A stretch of DNA of 64,000 nt from Limisphaerales bacterium. GTDB lineage: Bacteria; Verrucomicrobiota; Verrucomicrobiia; Limisphaerales; UBA1100. Under the pieces are notes generated by a model. That model saw nothing but the letters and a program-made list of their open reading frames with translations. It searched no databases and was not told the DNA's origin. The stretch is from positions 3,756 through 67,755 of the forward strand of contig JACNJL010000035.1 of assembly GCA_014382585.1 (NCBI GenBank), in the 5' to 3' direction. Made by a program: the position numbers and the translations under genes. Below, in pieces: positions 9,214 to 19,280 of this stretch (within the stretch, counting starts at the first letter, position 1; each line of letters opens with the position of its first letter).

Positions 9214-10878
9214 ATGGCCCTCGAGAAGATAGCTTCACCCGTCTGGCAACGCAACCTGCTCTTCGCGGCGGTTTGTATCTTGGGAGCGGGCTGCGTGATT
9301 TCAAATATACTGAAATCCGACACGATGACGCTGCCCAACCATCAGGCGAGCCGTTATGAAAAACCTGCGTTTCGGATGGCTGTGGATTGGGTGGATGAGG
9401 AGTTTGCCGCCGACTGGGAAAAGGCCGGGCTAAAGCCTGCGCCGCGGGCGGATGACCTGACGCTGATCCGCCGCCTCTCACTCGGGCTCACGGGCACCAT
9501 TCCATCGCTTCAGGAAATCCGCGCACTCGAGGCACAGCCGGAGGGCGAGCGGATCCAATGGTGGCTCAGCCATCTATTCGAAGATCGTCGCACGAGTGAT
9601 TACCTCGCCGAACGGTTTGCCCGCACATATGTCGGCGTAGAAAACGGCCCCTTTCTCATTTATCGCCGCCGCCGGTTTGTTAGTTGGCTGGCCGACGAAA
9701 TTCACAACAACCAGAATTACGATAAAATTGTGCGCTCGCTCATCACCGCCGAAGGACTTTGGACCAATAATCCGGAGGTCAATTTTGTCACCGTGACGGT
9801 CAACCAAAATGAAGACGACAAAGGCCCTGACGAAGTGAAGCTCGCCGCACGCGTGACGCGGGCTTTCCTTGGCGTCCGCATCGACTGCGTCCAATGCCAT
9901 GACGATCATCTCGGCGAGGACTGGCTGCAAGAGGATTTCCACCAACTCGCCTCCTTCTTTGGTGGCACCGACATGGCCATCTCTGGCATTCGCGAGACCG
10001 GCAAGAAATACGAATTCAAATACCGCGGCAAACGCGAGCCCGTAAACGTGCCGGCGATCGTCCCGTTCCAACCCGAGCTACTCCCCGCTGACGGACGCCC
10101 GCGCCAACGCCTCGCCCGTTGGGTCACCCATTCCGAAAACCGCGCCTTCGCCCGTACCACTGTCAATCGCGTTTGGGCGCTGATGTTTGGCCGCCCATTA
10201 ATGGAGCCAGTCGATGAAATTCCGCTGACCAACACGAAAGAAAATCCTTATCCACCCGGACTCGAAACGCTTGCCGATGATTTCATCATTCACAAATATG
10301 ATCTCCGCCGACTCATTCGCGTCATCGCCGCCACTCGCGTGTTCAGCCTCGACAGCAAGTCGGCCGCCAACCAACCGCCGCCCACCTTAAAACAGGAACA
10401 ACACTGGGCGTCCTTCGCAATCACGCGGCTGCGCCCCGAACAAGTTGCCGGCAGCATCCTCCAAGCCGCCTCACTCACCGCCATCGATGCCGATTCACAT
10501 ATCATTTTCCAACTGAGCCGAACGTTTCAACAAAGCGATTTCATTAAACGCTACGGCGATATTGGCGAGGATGAATTTTTTATGCAGGGCGGAACCATCC
10601 CGCAGCGGTTGCTGATGATGAACGGGAAAATGGTTCACGAACGCATCAAAAACGATTTGATCGCCAACGCCGCCTCGCGCATTCTGGCCACGGGCGGTAC
10701 CGATGCAAGAATCGTCGAAGCCACCTTTCTCGCCGTGCTCACCCGTCGACCCAGCCCCGCAGAATCCAATTACATTGTCGGCGCACTCGCAAAAAAAGAT
10801 TCCCTCAGCCGCAAGGCAAAACAGGAAGACCTATACTGGGCACTGATCAACTCCACCGAATTTTCTTGGAATCATTAA
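9214..10878 (+). CDS. DUF1549/DUF1553 domain protein (PVC-specific, partner of DUF1501)
   Basis: …DDLTLIRRLSLGLTGTIPSLQEIRAL… (DUF1549 signature) and …RIDCVQCHDDHLG… motif. Stop TAA followed directly by the ATG of the next DUF1501 gene. Start re-derived to the ATG at 9214. Confidence 0.75.
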   Translation: MALEKIASPVWQRNLLFAAVCILGAGCVISNILKSDTMTLPNHQASRYEKPAFRMAVDWVDEEFAADWEKAGLKPAPRADDLTLIRRLSLGLTGTIPSLQEIRALEAQPEGERIQWWLSHLFEDRRTSDYLAERFARTYVGVENGPFLIYRRRRFVSWLADEIHNNQNYDKIVRSLITAEGLWTNNPEVNFVTVTVNQNEDDKGPDEVKLAARVTRAFLGVRIDCVQCHDDHLGEDWLQEDFHQLASFFGGTDMAISGIRETGKKYEFKYRGKREPVNVPAIVPFQPELLPADGRPRQRLARWVTHSENRAFARTTVNRVWALMFGRPLMEPVDEIPLTNTKENPYPPGLETLADDFIIHKYDLRRLIRVIAATRVFSLDSKSAANQPPPTLKQEQHWASFAITRLRPEQVAGSILQAASLTAIDADSHIIFQLSRTFQQSDFIKRYGDIGEDEFFMQGGTIPQRLLMMNGKMVHERIKNDLIANAASRILATGGTDARIVEATFLAVLTRRPSPAESNYIVGALAKKDSLSRKAKQEDLYWALINSTEFSWNH

Positions 10879-12177
10879 ATGATAAACCCTTGCAACAGCG
10901 CCAGTCACCTCTCGCGCCGCACCATGCTGCAAACCACCGGCCTCGGCGGGCTGGCGTGGCTCACACCGGTCGCTCATTTACTCGGTCGCGCGCAGGAAAA
11001 AGCGCCCACCGCTGCACCCGCCAAATCGGTCATTATGCTGTGGATGGCCGGTGGCCCCAGCCAATTGGAAACCTTTGACCCGCACGCGGGGAAAAAAATC
11101 GCCGGCGCCACCCGCGCCATCAACACTTCCGTCAAAGGCGTACAACTCGCCGAAGGCCTTCCGCAAGTAGCCGAGGTGATGGACGAGCTGACCCTCGTGC
11201 GCTCTATGATCAGCAAAGAAGGCGACCACGAACGCGGCTCCTACCACGTTAAAACCGGCTACCGCCCGGACCCCACACTCATCCATCCATCCATCGGCGC
11301 CGTGATGTGCCACCAACTGCCCGCGGGCAAATTGGACATCCCGCGCCACATCTCCATCCTCCCCGGCCAATGGCCCGCGCGCGGCGGCTACCTCGGTGCG
11401 CAGTACGACGCCTTTCAAGTTTACAATACCAACGGCCGTGCCGGAAACATCACCGCCCGCGTAAACCCCAAACGCATGGACAACCGCCTCACCGCGTTGA
11501 ACGCCATCGAACAATCTTTCGCCCGCGGCCGCCGGGCGGAACTTGATTCCAAAACCACTCTCCACAACGCCACCATCCAAAAAGCACTGCGGATGATGAA
11601 CTCCGATCAGCTCAGCGCCTTCGATGTCACTCTGGCTCCCGCCAAAACCCGCGCCGCCTTTGGCGACACCCAATTCGGCCGGGGCTGCCTCGCCGCCATC
11701 CAACTCATCGGCGCCGGCGTCCGCTGCGTCGAAGTCACCCTCAATGGGTGGGATACTCACGCCAATAATCACGAAGCCCACGTCGCGCAAAACGCCATTC
11801 TCGATCCCGCGTTCGCCTCGGTCATCCGCGAACTACGCGCACGCAAACTGCTCGACCACACCATCGTCATTTGCGCCGGCGAATTCGGCCGCACGCCAAA
11901 AATTAATCCCGCCAACGGCCGCGACCACTGGCCCACCGGCTTCTCCATCGCCCTCGCCGGCGGCGGCTTCCGCGCCGGCCACGTCCACGGTGCCACCGAT
12001 CCCAACGGCGGGAAAAAAACTGCCGAGGACAAAGACGCCATCCGGGTCGCAGACATCCACACCACCGTCCAACACGCCCTCGGCATCAAATACGAAAAAG
12101 AATTGATGACCCCCATTGGCCGCCCCATGGCCCTCAGCGAAGGTCGGGTCATCAACTCTCTGACCAAAAATATTTAA
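10879..12177 (+). CDS. DUF1501 (sulfatase-like) protein with Tat signal
   Basis: RRTMLQTTGLGGLAWL leader, then WMAGGPSQLETFDPH and GEFGRTPKINPANGRDHW. Confidence 0.8.
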   Translation: MINPCNSASHLSRRTMLQTTGLGGLAWLTPVAHLLGRAQEKAPTAAPAKSVIMLWMAGGPSQLETFDPHAGKKIAGATRAINTSVKGVQLAEGLPQVAEVMDELTLVRSMISKEGDHERGSYHVKTGYRPDPTLIHPSIGAVMCHQLPAGKLDIPRHISILPGQWPARGGYLGAQYDAFQVYNTNGRAGNITARVNPKRMDNRLTALNAIEQSFARGRRAELDSKTTLHNATIQKALRMMNSDQLSAFDVTLAPAKTRAAFGDTQFGRGCLAAIQLIGAGVRCVEVTLNGWDTHANNHEAHVAQNAILDPAFASVIRELRARKLLDHTIVICAGEFGRTPKINPANGRDHWPTGFSIALAGGGFRAGHVHGATDPNGGKKTAEDKDAIRVADIHTTVQHALGIKYEKELMTPIGRPMALSEGRVINSLTKNI

Positions 12178-12212
12178 TTTTCCTCCACAACAAAAAATAA
12201 ATTAAACGACTC

Positions 12213-13064
12213 TTGATTGTCGACGTCCACAGTCACACATGGCGGCATCCGGAGGATTTCACCTCCGACCACTGCGAGCAGGCGAAAAAGGCGCGGGGGG
12301 ATGTCGAGGTGGATCTCACCGTACGCTTCGAGGATTACGCGGCGGCTTGCCCCGCGAATGAGGACGTGCACACGATCGTCTTCGGTGGCAAAGCACGGCT
12401 CAGCGGAATTTGGGTGGACGACCCATACGTGGCGGAATACGCCGCCACGCGGCCAGACAAGCTCATCGGGTTTCTTTCACTCGACCCCACGCAGTATGGC
12501 TGGCAGGACGAACTTCGACACGGCCACCAAATTCTCGGCTTGCGCGGCATCAAGCTGCTCTCAATGTACGCCGGTTTCCGGCCGGATGATACGTTACTCG
12601 ATCCGCTTTGGGAATACGCCACCGACCACGCGCTACCGGTCCTCCTCCACACGGGCACTACGTTTATCAGCCAAGCGCCGCTGGAGTGTACCCTGCCGCG
12701 CCACCTCGACGTCGTTGCCACGCGTTTCCCCAAAGTAAAAATCATTATGGCCCACCTCGGGCATCCATACGAAGGCGAATGCATCGTCGTTGCCCGCAAG
12801 CACCCCAATGTTTACGCCGACATCAGCGCGCTTTATTATCGCCCCTTCCAACTCTATCAAAGCCTGATGCTCGTACAGGAATACGGTGTGTGGCACAAAA
12901 TCCTGTTCGGCACCGACTATCCCTACACCACCGTCAACGACACCATCGCCGGCCTGCATAACCTAAACAGCATGCTCGAAGGAAGTGCCTTGCCAAGACT
13001 GTTGGAAACGGAAATTGACAAGATGATTTACCGGGACACCTTGCCCTTGTTGGGGCTTAACTGA
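12213..13064 (+). CDS. Amidohydrolase-2 family (TIM-barrel metal-dependent hydrolase, COG2159-like)
   Basis: N-terminal VDVHSHTW metal-binding motif. Internal HTGT and AHLGHP motifs. Confidence 0.65.
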   Translation: MIVDVHSHTWRHPEDFTSDHCEQAKKARGDVEVDLTVRFEDYAAACPANEDVHTIVFGGKARLSGIWVDDPYVAEYAATRPDKLIGFLSLDPTQYGWQDELRHGHQILGLRGIKLLSMYAGFRPDDTLLDPLWEYATDHALPVLLHTGTTFISQAPLECTLPRHLDVVATRFPKVKIIMAHLGHPYEGECIVVARKHPNVYADISALYYRPFQLYQSLMLVQEYGVWHKILFGTDYPYTTVNDTIAGLHNLNSMLEGSALPRLLETEIDKMIYRDTLPLLGLN

Positions 13065-13152
13065 ATCGCTAATTTCCACGGCCACAATGGGGTTGCGTCT
13101 TTTGGGCTTCGGCGCATACTGGATTTACCATCCAAACACACCCCCAATTATC

Positions 13153-16119
13153 ATGAAAAAAAATCTTCTTCCTTTTTCATTTTCACTCCTCGCATTTCTC
13201 GCCGTGTCAGCATTCGGGCAGGCGGAGAAAGCGGCTTTCGCGCTGGCAAAACAGACCCGTGGCATTGCAGTAGTCACCGGCAAAGACGAACGCGCGATGG
13301 CGCTGTATGTCCTTGAATTAGCGCAAGCGAGTGAGTTAACGATTTATTTTCAGTCGCCCGATGCTGCCACCGCACTCGCTGTGCGCAAAGCGGCGGATGG
13401 CGCGGGGTTGCTGGGGCAGCGCGTGTTTGTGGAACAAAGCCAGCTGGACCGAATTTGCCTTGGCGACAACATGGCGGACTTTGCCACCCTGTTCGGACCA
13501 GATGTGAAGGACGCTGAAATCCTACGTGTACTCCGGCCGGGCGGGCAGGCAAATGTCGGTAACCGAATCATTACCAAACCCACCTCCCAAAAGACCGATG
13601 CGTGGAGCCATCCCTTTCACGGGCCGGATAATAATCCGCAATCCACCGACGCCGTGGCGCGCGCGCCGTATCTCACACAGTTTATTCAAGCACCGAAGTT
13701 TAGCCCGATGCCGCAAATCACCGTGGCCGCCGGGGGGCGCGTGTACCGCGCCTTCGGCCACATCGCGCACAAGGCCAACCAAAACGAAATGCTCAACACC
13801 CTCATTTGCGCCAGCGCGCATAACGGCATCATCCACTGGAAACGCAAGCTCACGCCGGGCTTTATGATCCACCGCAACACGATGGTGGCTACCGACGATG
13901 CCTTGTATATGGCGGATAACGAATCGTGTAAAATCATCGACGCGCACACGGGCAAAGTACGCGAAGAGATCATCATCCCCAAAGGCGTGGGCGACGGCCC
14001 AACGTGGAAATGGATGGCGATGGTCGATGGCACGCTGTACGCATTGGTGGGTTCCAGAGAAATTTCTGTGAAGACCGTCCCCTCCGGCAAACCCGGCCTC
14101 GGCCATTGGCCGTGGGGAATGTGGGAAGGGCACGATTACAAAAACCCCAAAACCAATTTCGGTTATGGCCGCACATTCGTGGCGATTGATTTGAAGACCA
14201 AAAAAATCAAGTGGCAGCATTCGGAAAAGGAATTCATCGACGCGCGCGGCGTGTGTTTGCGCGATGGGAAAATTTATTTTTATAGCCCCAAGAAATTCCT
14301 CGCCGCGATCGGCACCAACGGCAAACCGGCTTGGCGCAACTCAGACCAAGATTTGCTCGAGGCCATTGCGCCCCACGCGCGCGCACAGCATTATATCACC
14401 GGCTACGCAACGACCGCGTACATCAAGTGCACGAAGGACGAGATTTTCTTTTCCGGCCCCACACGGCCAAATTTGGTATCCGCCGCCACGAAAGATGGCC
14501 GATTGTTGTGGCACAAGAAAGGCGGCGGCAATGTGCAACTCGTGTTGCGCGAGGAAGGAATTTTTGCCGCGGGCGCGCAGCGCAGCAATGGCGGGATGAT
14601 TCTCGAATACAAAACCGGCAAAGTGAAAAGCATGATGCCGTGGCGCCGCGCCTGCACCCGTGCGACCGGCAGCATCGACAGCGTTTTCTTCCGCGCCAGC
14701 GGCGGCACAGTGCGGATGGATGTGCCGAGCAACACCGCCCAACACATCGCGCCGATGCGGCCGCCGTGTCAGGACGGCGTCATCATTTCCGACGGCAACC
14801 TTTTCTGGGGCCCGTGGATGTGCGGCTGCCAACTTTCGCTCTACGGCCACATCAGCCTCACCGCCGCCGGCAATCAACTCGCCAGCCCCGGCGAAGCGCG
14901 CCCGCAATTCGAGTCCAGCAAAGGAGATCTCAAAAACGTTCGCCCACTTGCCGCCCACAAAAATGATTGGTCAGTTTACCAAGGGAATAACCGCCGCACG
15001 TCCACCACCACACTGCCTTTGCCCGCCGCGTTGAAGGAGCGGTGGAGTTTCCCCGCCCCCACCGCCGCGCTGCCCACCGCGCCGGTTACCGCGGGTGGAT
15101 TAACCTTCATTGCCAACCGCAGCGGCGTGATCCGCGCGATGAATTCCAACGGTAAACTGATGTGGGAAACATTCACCGGCGGCGCGATTTATTTCCCGCC
15201 CGCCGTGGCAAAGGGCCGCGTGTATTCCGGCAGCGCGGACGGACGCGTGTACTGCCACGAAGCCGCCACGGGCCGCAAGTTGTGGAGCTATCGTGTGGCA
15301 CCGACGGAGCGCTGGATCGCGGTGTTCGGTAAACTCATTTCCACTTGGCCCGTCGCCGGCGGGGTGCTGGTGGAAGATGGAACGGTCTACGCCTCGGCCG
15401 GCATCGCGCATTACGACGGCACGCACGTGGTCGCGCTGGACGCCATCACCGGCAATCTCAAGTGGCACAATGACAGCAGCGGGTCGCTCAACAAAAAAGT
15501 GAACAGCGGCGTGAGTATGCAGGGTAGTTTATTTATGGAAAACGGCAAGCTCTGTTTCCTCGGCGGCGGCGTGCAGGAAGTCGCGCAGTTCAATCTCGAC
15601 GACGGCAAGTGCGTGAATACGCCGGTAAACAATCCGCAATCCGGATATCGCACCGCGTTTTATCCGTACTACCCCGAGTACGGCAACTACGTCTCGCTCG
15701 CGCACACACTGGCCGATGGACGCGAACTGGTGTTCGACGCCAGCTACGAGGGCAACAAATTCAATTACCTCCACGCATTGGCCGCGCTGCCTCCCGGCGC
15801 GCCGAAGCTCACCAAAGAACGCGCCCGCTGGAACGCCCGCCGTGGCGCGCCCCAACGCAAAGTGCTGTGGCGCGACGCCCGCGGCCGCCGCTTCGCCGGA
15901 TTCATCGTCGGCAAAACCCGCCTCCTCGGCGTCGGCGATCAAGGCGCGGAGAAGGACCCCTTCATCACCCTCATCAACCTCAAAACCGGCAATGACGAAT
16001 GGACCGCGAAACTCCCCGCGCAACCGATCAAAGGCGGCGCAAGCATCGACAGCGCCGGAAGGATTTGGGTGACGTTGGTGGATGGGCGGGTGATGTGTTT
16101 TGAAAAGGGATTAGAATGA
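13153..16119 (+). CDS. Large secreted PQQ-like beta-propeller repeat protein with an N-terminal non-propeller domain
   Basis: Signal peptide MKKNLLPFSFSLLAFLAVSAFG. Many propeller-blade repeats (…DAHTGKVREE…, …DLKTKKIKWQ…, …ATGRKLWSYR…, …AITGNLKWHN…). The 966-aa product ends …VMCFEKGLE. Confidence 0.7.
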   Translation: MKKNLLPFSFSLLAFLAVSAFGQAEKAAFALAKQTRGIAVVTGKDERAMALYVLELAQASELTIYFQSPDAATALAVRKAADGAGLLGQRVFVEQSQLDRICLGDNMADFATLFGPDVKDAEILRVLRPGGQANVGNRIITKPTSQKTDAWSHPFHGPDNNPQSTDAVARAPYLTQFIQAPKFSPMPQITVAAGGRVYRAFGHIAHKANQNEMLNTLICASAHNGIIHWKRKLTPGFMIHRNTMVATDDALYMADNESCKIIDAHTGKVREEIIIPKGVGDGPTWKWMAMVDGTLYALVGSREISVKTVPSGKPGLGHWPWGMWEGHDYKNPKTNFGYGRTFVAIDLKTKKIKWQHSEKEFIDARGVCLRDGKIYFYSPKKFLAAIGTNGKPAWRNSDQDLLEAIAPHARAQHYITGYATTAYIKCTKDEIFFSGPTRPNLVSAATKDGRLLWHKKGGGNVQLVLREEGIFAAGAQRSNGGMILEYKTGKVKSMMPWRRACTRATGSIDSVFFRASGGTVRMDVPSNTAQHIAPMRPPCQDGVIISDGNLFWGPWMCGCQLSLYGHISLTAAGNQLASPGEARPQFESSKGDLKNVRPLAAHKNDWSVYQGNNRRTSTTTLPLPAALKERWSFPAPTAALPTAPVTAGGLTFIANRSGVIRAMNSNGKLMWETFTGGAIYFPPAVAKGRVYSGSADGRVYCHEAATGRKLWSYRVAPTERWIAVFGKLISTWPVAGGVLVEDGTVYASAGIAHYDGTHVVALDAITGNLKWHNDSSGSLNKKVNSGVSMQGSLFMENGKLCFLGGGVQEVAQFNLDDGKCVNTPVNNPQSGYRTAFYPYYPEYGNYVSLAHTLADGRELVFDASYEGNKFNYLHALAALPPGAPKLTKERARWNARRGAPQRKVLWRDARGRRFAGFIVGKTRLLGVGDQGAEKDPFITLINLKTGNDEWTAKLPAQPIKGGASIDSAGRIWVTLVDGRVMCFEKGLE
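15895..16106. repeat. Left copy of an imperfect direct repeat, about 206 bp (3' coding end of the PQQ gene). The other copy is at 17624-17826.
   Basis: ttcatcgtcggcaaa…aatgacgaatggaccgc…gatgggcgggtgatgtgttttgaaaa recurs at 17630-17825. The copies differ by a 9-bp indel and scattered substitutions in the first third, and are nearly identical thereafter. Confidence 0.85.
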
Positions 16120-16304
16120 TCTGAGTCAAAACTCATCAATCCGCTACTGATAGTCCAATTGAAAAACATACCTGACACTTCGGGGCTGAATGTCTCGCCG
16201 CTAATTGGGAATTCTAATGAAGTGTCCATTGCCCCAGCAACACAACCGAAAAAGAATATGAAAAACCGCTTGACATTCGAGCGGCGTACGTCAGTTTTTC
16301 CCCA

Positions 16305-17210
16305 ATGTTATCAAAGCAAAGACATATCAAACTGCTAATCATATCAATCGCTCTCTGTCAGGTTTTCAGCGGCAACCTGAGAGCTGAAAATGATTTTTTT
16401 GTTTTAGAATACGAGGAGGAAATCAACGATGACACGGGTTTAGTTGAGTATTTTGAAAGCGGGTTTTCATTAACACAGGGATTTTATGAACAAGCGGGGC
16501 TGATTAACAAATTTGGCGATTATATTGAAACGGGGCAATCTTCAGAAGGAGGCCAATACATTTCCTGGACACCACAACCCACTAGTCCTGAATTTTTTGA
16601 GACCTCCAATTTTACAAACACCATAAATCATATCAATTGGTTTAATGATAAGTCACTTGAAGAACAATTGATTGAAGGAATGAACGGCTACAATGACTTG
16701 GATAATTTTTTCATGTCCATTCTCATATTCAATAAAGTAGATTCGATTACCATAAATTTCTACCCGAAAGCATTAATAATTGAAGATGACCCCCTAAAAA
16801 ATGACCCAGTATTACATCAACAGGAAATCGAGATTACTCTCAAAAATAATAATAACGAACTGGAGTTCCTCCTTTCCCTCGATAAGCAAAAGGTTGACGC
16901 TGATGTTGTGGGGTTGCGGTTTTATTTAACAACAAAAATAAACGTTCGCGATTTACGCTTTAACGAAAGGGAGGATCTTAGCCATGAAGTAGAATTCGGT
17001 AAAGTTAGAACAGGATTCGGGAATGCTGTCTATGAGCCAGGCACCCAATATCGTTATAAACAACATTGGGCAGACGAGAAGTTTCCAAACAATGACAATA
17101 TCAACAGATTTGTATTTGGCGGCAGAATAAATGAACTTGATTTATTGTTTTGGACTCATTTTGAACTGAATGTTTTTTTAGTAAATTGGATAGAATCATG
17201 GATCGAATAA
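16305..17210 (+). CDS. Hypothetical secreted protein encoded in the AT-rich insert
   Basis: ATG start, N-terminal hydrophobic leader, Asn/Asp/Glu/Phe-rich composition. The sequence is strongly AT-rich relative to its flanks. Confidence 0.45.
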   Translation: MLSKQRHIKLLIISIALCQVFSGNLRAENDFFVLEYEEEINDDTGLVEYFESGFSLTQGFYEQAGLINKFGDYIETGQSSEGGQYISWTPQPTSPEFFETSNFTNTINHINWFNDKSLEEQLIEGMNGYNDLDNFFMSILIFNKVDSITINFYPKALIIEDDPLKNDPVLHQQEIEITLKNNNNELEFLLSLDKQKVDADVVGLRFYLTTKINVRDLRFNEREDLSHEVEFGKVRTGFGNAVYEPGTQYRYKQHWADEKFPNNDNINRFVFGGRINELDLLFWTHFELNVFLVNWIESWIE

Positions 17211-17599
17211 TCATTATTTGCTGCCTGTCATCAGGGTTAACACTAGGCTGCTTGAACATAGGCAATCAAGTGCATAAGCCTGAAGAGTTTTCAACAAAAC
17301 CCATCAAAAATGATTTTTCCGAGGTTGATGCGGAATTAGAAAGAAAGGTTCGCAACTTAGCTGAAGCCATCTACTTTCCTCGAGAGCTTAAAGATTTAGA
17401 TTTGGAAACAGCGACTGTCGAGGAAATTTATTTGGCTCAAAGATTTCCGATGCTTAGGGACAGCATGACAAACACAATGATAGAGAGTTTTCGGACCGAC
17501 AAATTTGTGACAGGCAGAGTTAGCAAGGCGGATTTAAACCATGTTATACAAAGATTGAAAGATGCCGAAAAAGCAGCTTTTGCGAAATGGGGGAAGTAG
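17198..17599 (+). CDS. Hypothetical small lipoprotein encoded in the AT-rich insert
   Basis: ATG at 17198 (the track's 17186 start is TTG). MDRIIIICCLSSGLTLGC is a lipobox-like leader. AT-rich. Confidence 0.4.
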   Translation: MDRIIIICCLSSGLTLGCLNIGNQVHKPEEFSTKPIKNDFSEVDAELERKVRNLAEAIYFPRELKDLDLETATVEEIYLAQRFPMLRDSMTNTMIESFRTDKFVTGRVSKADLNHVIQRLKDAEKAAFAKWGK

Positions 17600-17629
17600 T
17601 GAAACTAACCGGCGATTCCTAACGCCGCG

Positions 17630-17826
17630 TTCATCGTCGGCAAATCCAGCCTTCTCGGCGTCGGCGATGAAGGCGCGGAAAAGGAACCCTTCATCAACCT
17701 CAATACCGGCAATGACGAATGGACCGCCAAACTCCCCGCCCAACCGATCAAAGGCGGCGCAAGCATCGACAGCGCCGGAAGGATTTGGGTGACGTTGGTG
17801 GATGGGCGGGTGATGTGTTTTGAAAA
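17630..17826 (+). pseudogene. Start-less duplicated C-terminal fragment (about 65 codons) of the PQQ-propeller gene; right copy of the direct repeat
   Basis: Translates in the original frame to FIVGKSSLLGVGDEGAEKEPFINLNTGNDEWTAKLPAQPIKGGASIDSAGRIWVTLVDGRVMCFENAK*. It is preceded by in-frame TAG, TGA and TAA stops and has no start codon. Confidence 0.7.
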
Positions 17827-17837
17827 CGCGAAATAAC

Positions 17838-19280
17838 TTAGGCCAAGATCTCTTTCACCACCCGTGTGGGATGCGTGTGAGTTAGTCGCTCGTGGAGTCC
17901 ATTGCGATCGAAGAAAAGTTTTTCATGGTTCATGCCGAGCTGGTGGAGGATGGTGGCATGCCAATCTTGAATGCTCACACGGTCTTTTACTGCCCCAAAA
18001 CCGATGTCATCGGTTTCGCCATACACAGTGCCGCCTTTCACGCCGCCACCAGCCATCCAGTTAGTAAATCCGCTCGGGCCGTGGTCGCGACCGGCCTTGG
18101 CATATTCACCCTGAGCCATCGGCAACCGACCGAATTCGCCTCCCCACAGAATAAGCACATCGTCGAGCAGTCCACGTTGCCGCAGATCACGCAGCAATCC
18201 GGCAGTGGGAAGATCGCTTTGTTTACAGGCAGCCGGCAAAGAAGTCTTGATGTTGTTGTGGTTATCCCACATTTGGCCTTTTGGATAAATTTGGATTAAT
18301 CGTACGCCTCGCTCCACCAACCGTCGCGCCATAAGGCAACGCTTGCCAAAATTATCCGTTTCCTTCCCGCCGATGCCGTACTGCTTACGCGTACTCTCCG
18401 TTTCTGTTGAAACATCCAGTGCTTCAGTAGCCTGCACCTGCATTCGTGCAGCCATTTGATAATTGGCAATGCGCGAATCAAGCACATGCTGGTTAGGGCG
18501 CTCTGCCTTGTGAATTCGATCAAGCGCGTTGATCAGGTTGTGCTTGGCAGCACTCACACCCGCGGGCTCTTTAAAATCCGGCTTGAGATGCAGCATTGGG
18601 GTGCCTTCACTCTTAATGGACGTGCCTTGAAACAGCGGTGGCAAATATCCGCTCATCCAGTTTTCCACGCCGTTTACTGGCAGTCGGTTTTGAGGATCAG
18701 CCAGCACTACGTAGGCGGGGAGATTCTGGTTCACGCTGCCGAGGCCGTATGTGATCCAAGATCCCATGGTCGGGTGACCGGGAAAGGTCTCACCACTTTG
18801 CCATTTATAACAAGCCGGCTCGTGATTTTCGTGCACGTTAAACATGGAGCGAATGACAGCAATATGATCCATTTCCTTTGCTGTCTCCGGCAGCAATTCG
18901 CTCACCCACGCGCCGCTTTGCCCATATTGTGCAAACTTCCAATGGCTACGCATGAGATGACCTTTCATGCTGCGACCAGCAGGCGCGACCTTGGTAAATT
19001 CCTCCGGCGCATCTTTACCGTGCAATGTTTCCAGTGCCGGCTTGGGATCAAACAAATCCACTTGCGACGGCCCACCCTGCATGCAGAATTGAATAACCGC
19101 CTTGGCGCGGGGCGCAAAGTGCGGCTGGCGTGGCTGGGTATCCGTAGGGAGAGCTGATTTGTGGTGCCGCTCCGTTCCATACAGATCACGAGTCAATAGT
19201 GAGGCCAGCGCCGCACCATAAAGACCGTCGCCCACGCGATCAAAAAATGTGCGGCGATTGATTTCGATCGAGTTCATCAT
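17838..19280 (-). CDS. DUF1501 (sulfatase-like) protein with Tat signal
   Basis: RRTFFDRVGDGLYGAALASLL leader, CMQGGPSQVDLFDPKP, GGEFGRLP…GRDHG. Confidence 0.8.
   Translation of the reverse strand: MMNSIEINRRTFFDRVGDGLYGAALASLLTRDLYGTERHHKSALPTDTQPRQPHFAPRAKAVIQFCMQGGPSQVDLFDPKPALETLHGKDAPEEFTKVAPAGRSMKGHLMRSHWKFAQYGQSGAWVSELLPETAKEMDHIAVIRSMFNVHENHEPACYKWQSGETFPGHPTMGSWITYGLGSVNQNLPAYVVLADPQNRLPVNGVENWMSGYLPPLFQGTSIKSEGTPMLHLKPDFKEPAGVSAAKHNLINALDRIHKAERPNQHVLDSRIANYQMAARMQVQATEALDVSTETESTRKQYGIGGKETDNFGKRCLMARRLVERGVRLIQIYPKGQMWDNHNNIKTSLPAACKQSDLPTAGLLRDLRQRGLLDDVLILWGGEFGRLPMAQGEYAKAGRDHGPSGFTNWMAGGGVKGGTVYGETDDIGFGAVKDRVSIQDWHATILHQLGMNHEKLFFDRNGLHERLTHTHPTRVVKEILA

Noticed and set aside
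13153-13560. An N-terminal SAM-methyltransferase domain in the large PQQ protein
   Set aside because: There is vague Rossmann-like spacing (…VVTGKDERAMALYVLELA…) but no clear GxGxG or acidic motif pattern. That is not enough to call it.
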